Assembly: GCA_035084275.1 (NCBI GenBank)
Contig: CM068747.1
Coordinates: 23,436,001-23,500,000 of the forward strand
Reading direction: 5' to 3'
Length of the DNA stretch: 64,000 nucleotides
Origin: Hydrolagus colliei
Taxonomy: Eukaryota
Shown here: positions 63,160-64,000 of the stretch, piece after piece
How positions within the stretch are numbered: position 1 is the first letter of the stretch
How the letters are laid out: every line of letters starts with the position of its first letter
Position numbers and translations under genes: made by a program
The notes under the pieces: generated by a model
The model's database searches: none
What the model saw: the letters and a program-made list of their open reading frames with translations, nothing else
What the model was told of the DNA's origin: nothing

Positions 63160-64000
63160 CTGATAACCAGAAATTAAGACTCAAGATTCGCTTCAGAACC
63201 AATGCTTGATTCAGGCGGGATTAATAGACAGATGAGATCTCACCATCAGGAATTGCCCTCACTTTGGCCCTCTACTGTCTGTATCCCTCAACCATCAACT
63301 GTCCCTTTTTCTACATTATTACCATCACTCTACACCTTTTCCGCTCTCTCCCTCAGGTTGTCTTACTGTGTCCTTTCGTGGCACATTGACTTCCATGTCG
63401 AATGGGAGAACTTTTTTTTTCAGTCTTTCTCCCTGATACCATTTGCTGAGGGGGAAGGGTTGAGTTTTTGTTGGTGACTGTTCCTCCACATCCCCTCCTT
63501 TCCAATACCAAACCTGAGCTGTGTGAAACAGGAAAGCCAGATCTTGTGTATCAAAAATGTCACTGTTGAATTTCCTGCCTTGGCTCTTTTATGTTTCCGG
63601 ATGGATTCAGTACAAGGATAATGAATGCATTGGTACTTGTAGCACTTAATGGAATTGTGTTGCTGCTTAATTGCACTGTTACATAGGTTGGTTTAGTTGT
63701 TTCTGCAGTTTGTGTTCAGAGAAGCAAACCCTTGTAAATAAACTTTTTTCTGTATAACACAACGATCAGTCTGCTGTGGGGCTGAGGTACGCAAGCCAAA
63801 TGCGGGGGCAGTGCTAGTAACAAATATAAAGGTGTACTCATATATTATCTTTCGCATTGTGTGGACACCCTAAGGCACAACTTCCATTCAACAAGGATGT
63901 GCTGCAAACAAAAAAAAAGATTTTGTTCTGGTCACAGTGATGCGCTTAGTCAATGCTTTGCATTTTGCATGAAGCGAAGAAAGGCTTGGATCACAGTCAG

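Overview
This is eukaryotic (vertebrate) genomic DNA with GT-AG introns, not prokaryotic. It carries the block found at human 2q31.2, in the same order and orientation: the 3' end of TTN (+; 25 exons, distal A-band to titin kinase to M10, stop at 19482), PLEKHA3/FAPP1 (-; 8 coding exons), FKBP7 (+; 4 exons, ends in HDEL), PJVK/DFNB59 (-; 6 coding exons), PRKRA/PACT (+; 8 exons) and the last two coding exons of OSBPL6 (-). PLEKHA3/FKBP7 and PJVK/PRKRA are head-to-head pairs sharing GC-rich promoters. Repeats include a near-intact 5'-truncated L2-clade LINE, many L2 tails, Deu-domain tRNA-derived SINEs, CR1 tails and TA-flanked MITEs. The repeats and compact introns suggest a cartilaginous fish, possibly a chimaera (inference). 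I found no wholly new multi-gene system. The best leads are residue changes at known regulatory switches (titin kinase Y170->T with ELG/DIKG motifs; PACT S246->E), an RFX X-box plus duplicated ZNF143-type motifs in the PJVK/PRKRA promoter, UPR-type motifs in the FKBP7/PLEKHA3 promoter, inverted L2 copies bracketing PRKRA exons 4-6, and a SINE body with two alternative LINE tails. All human comparisons are from memory and need alignment to confirm.
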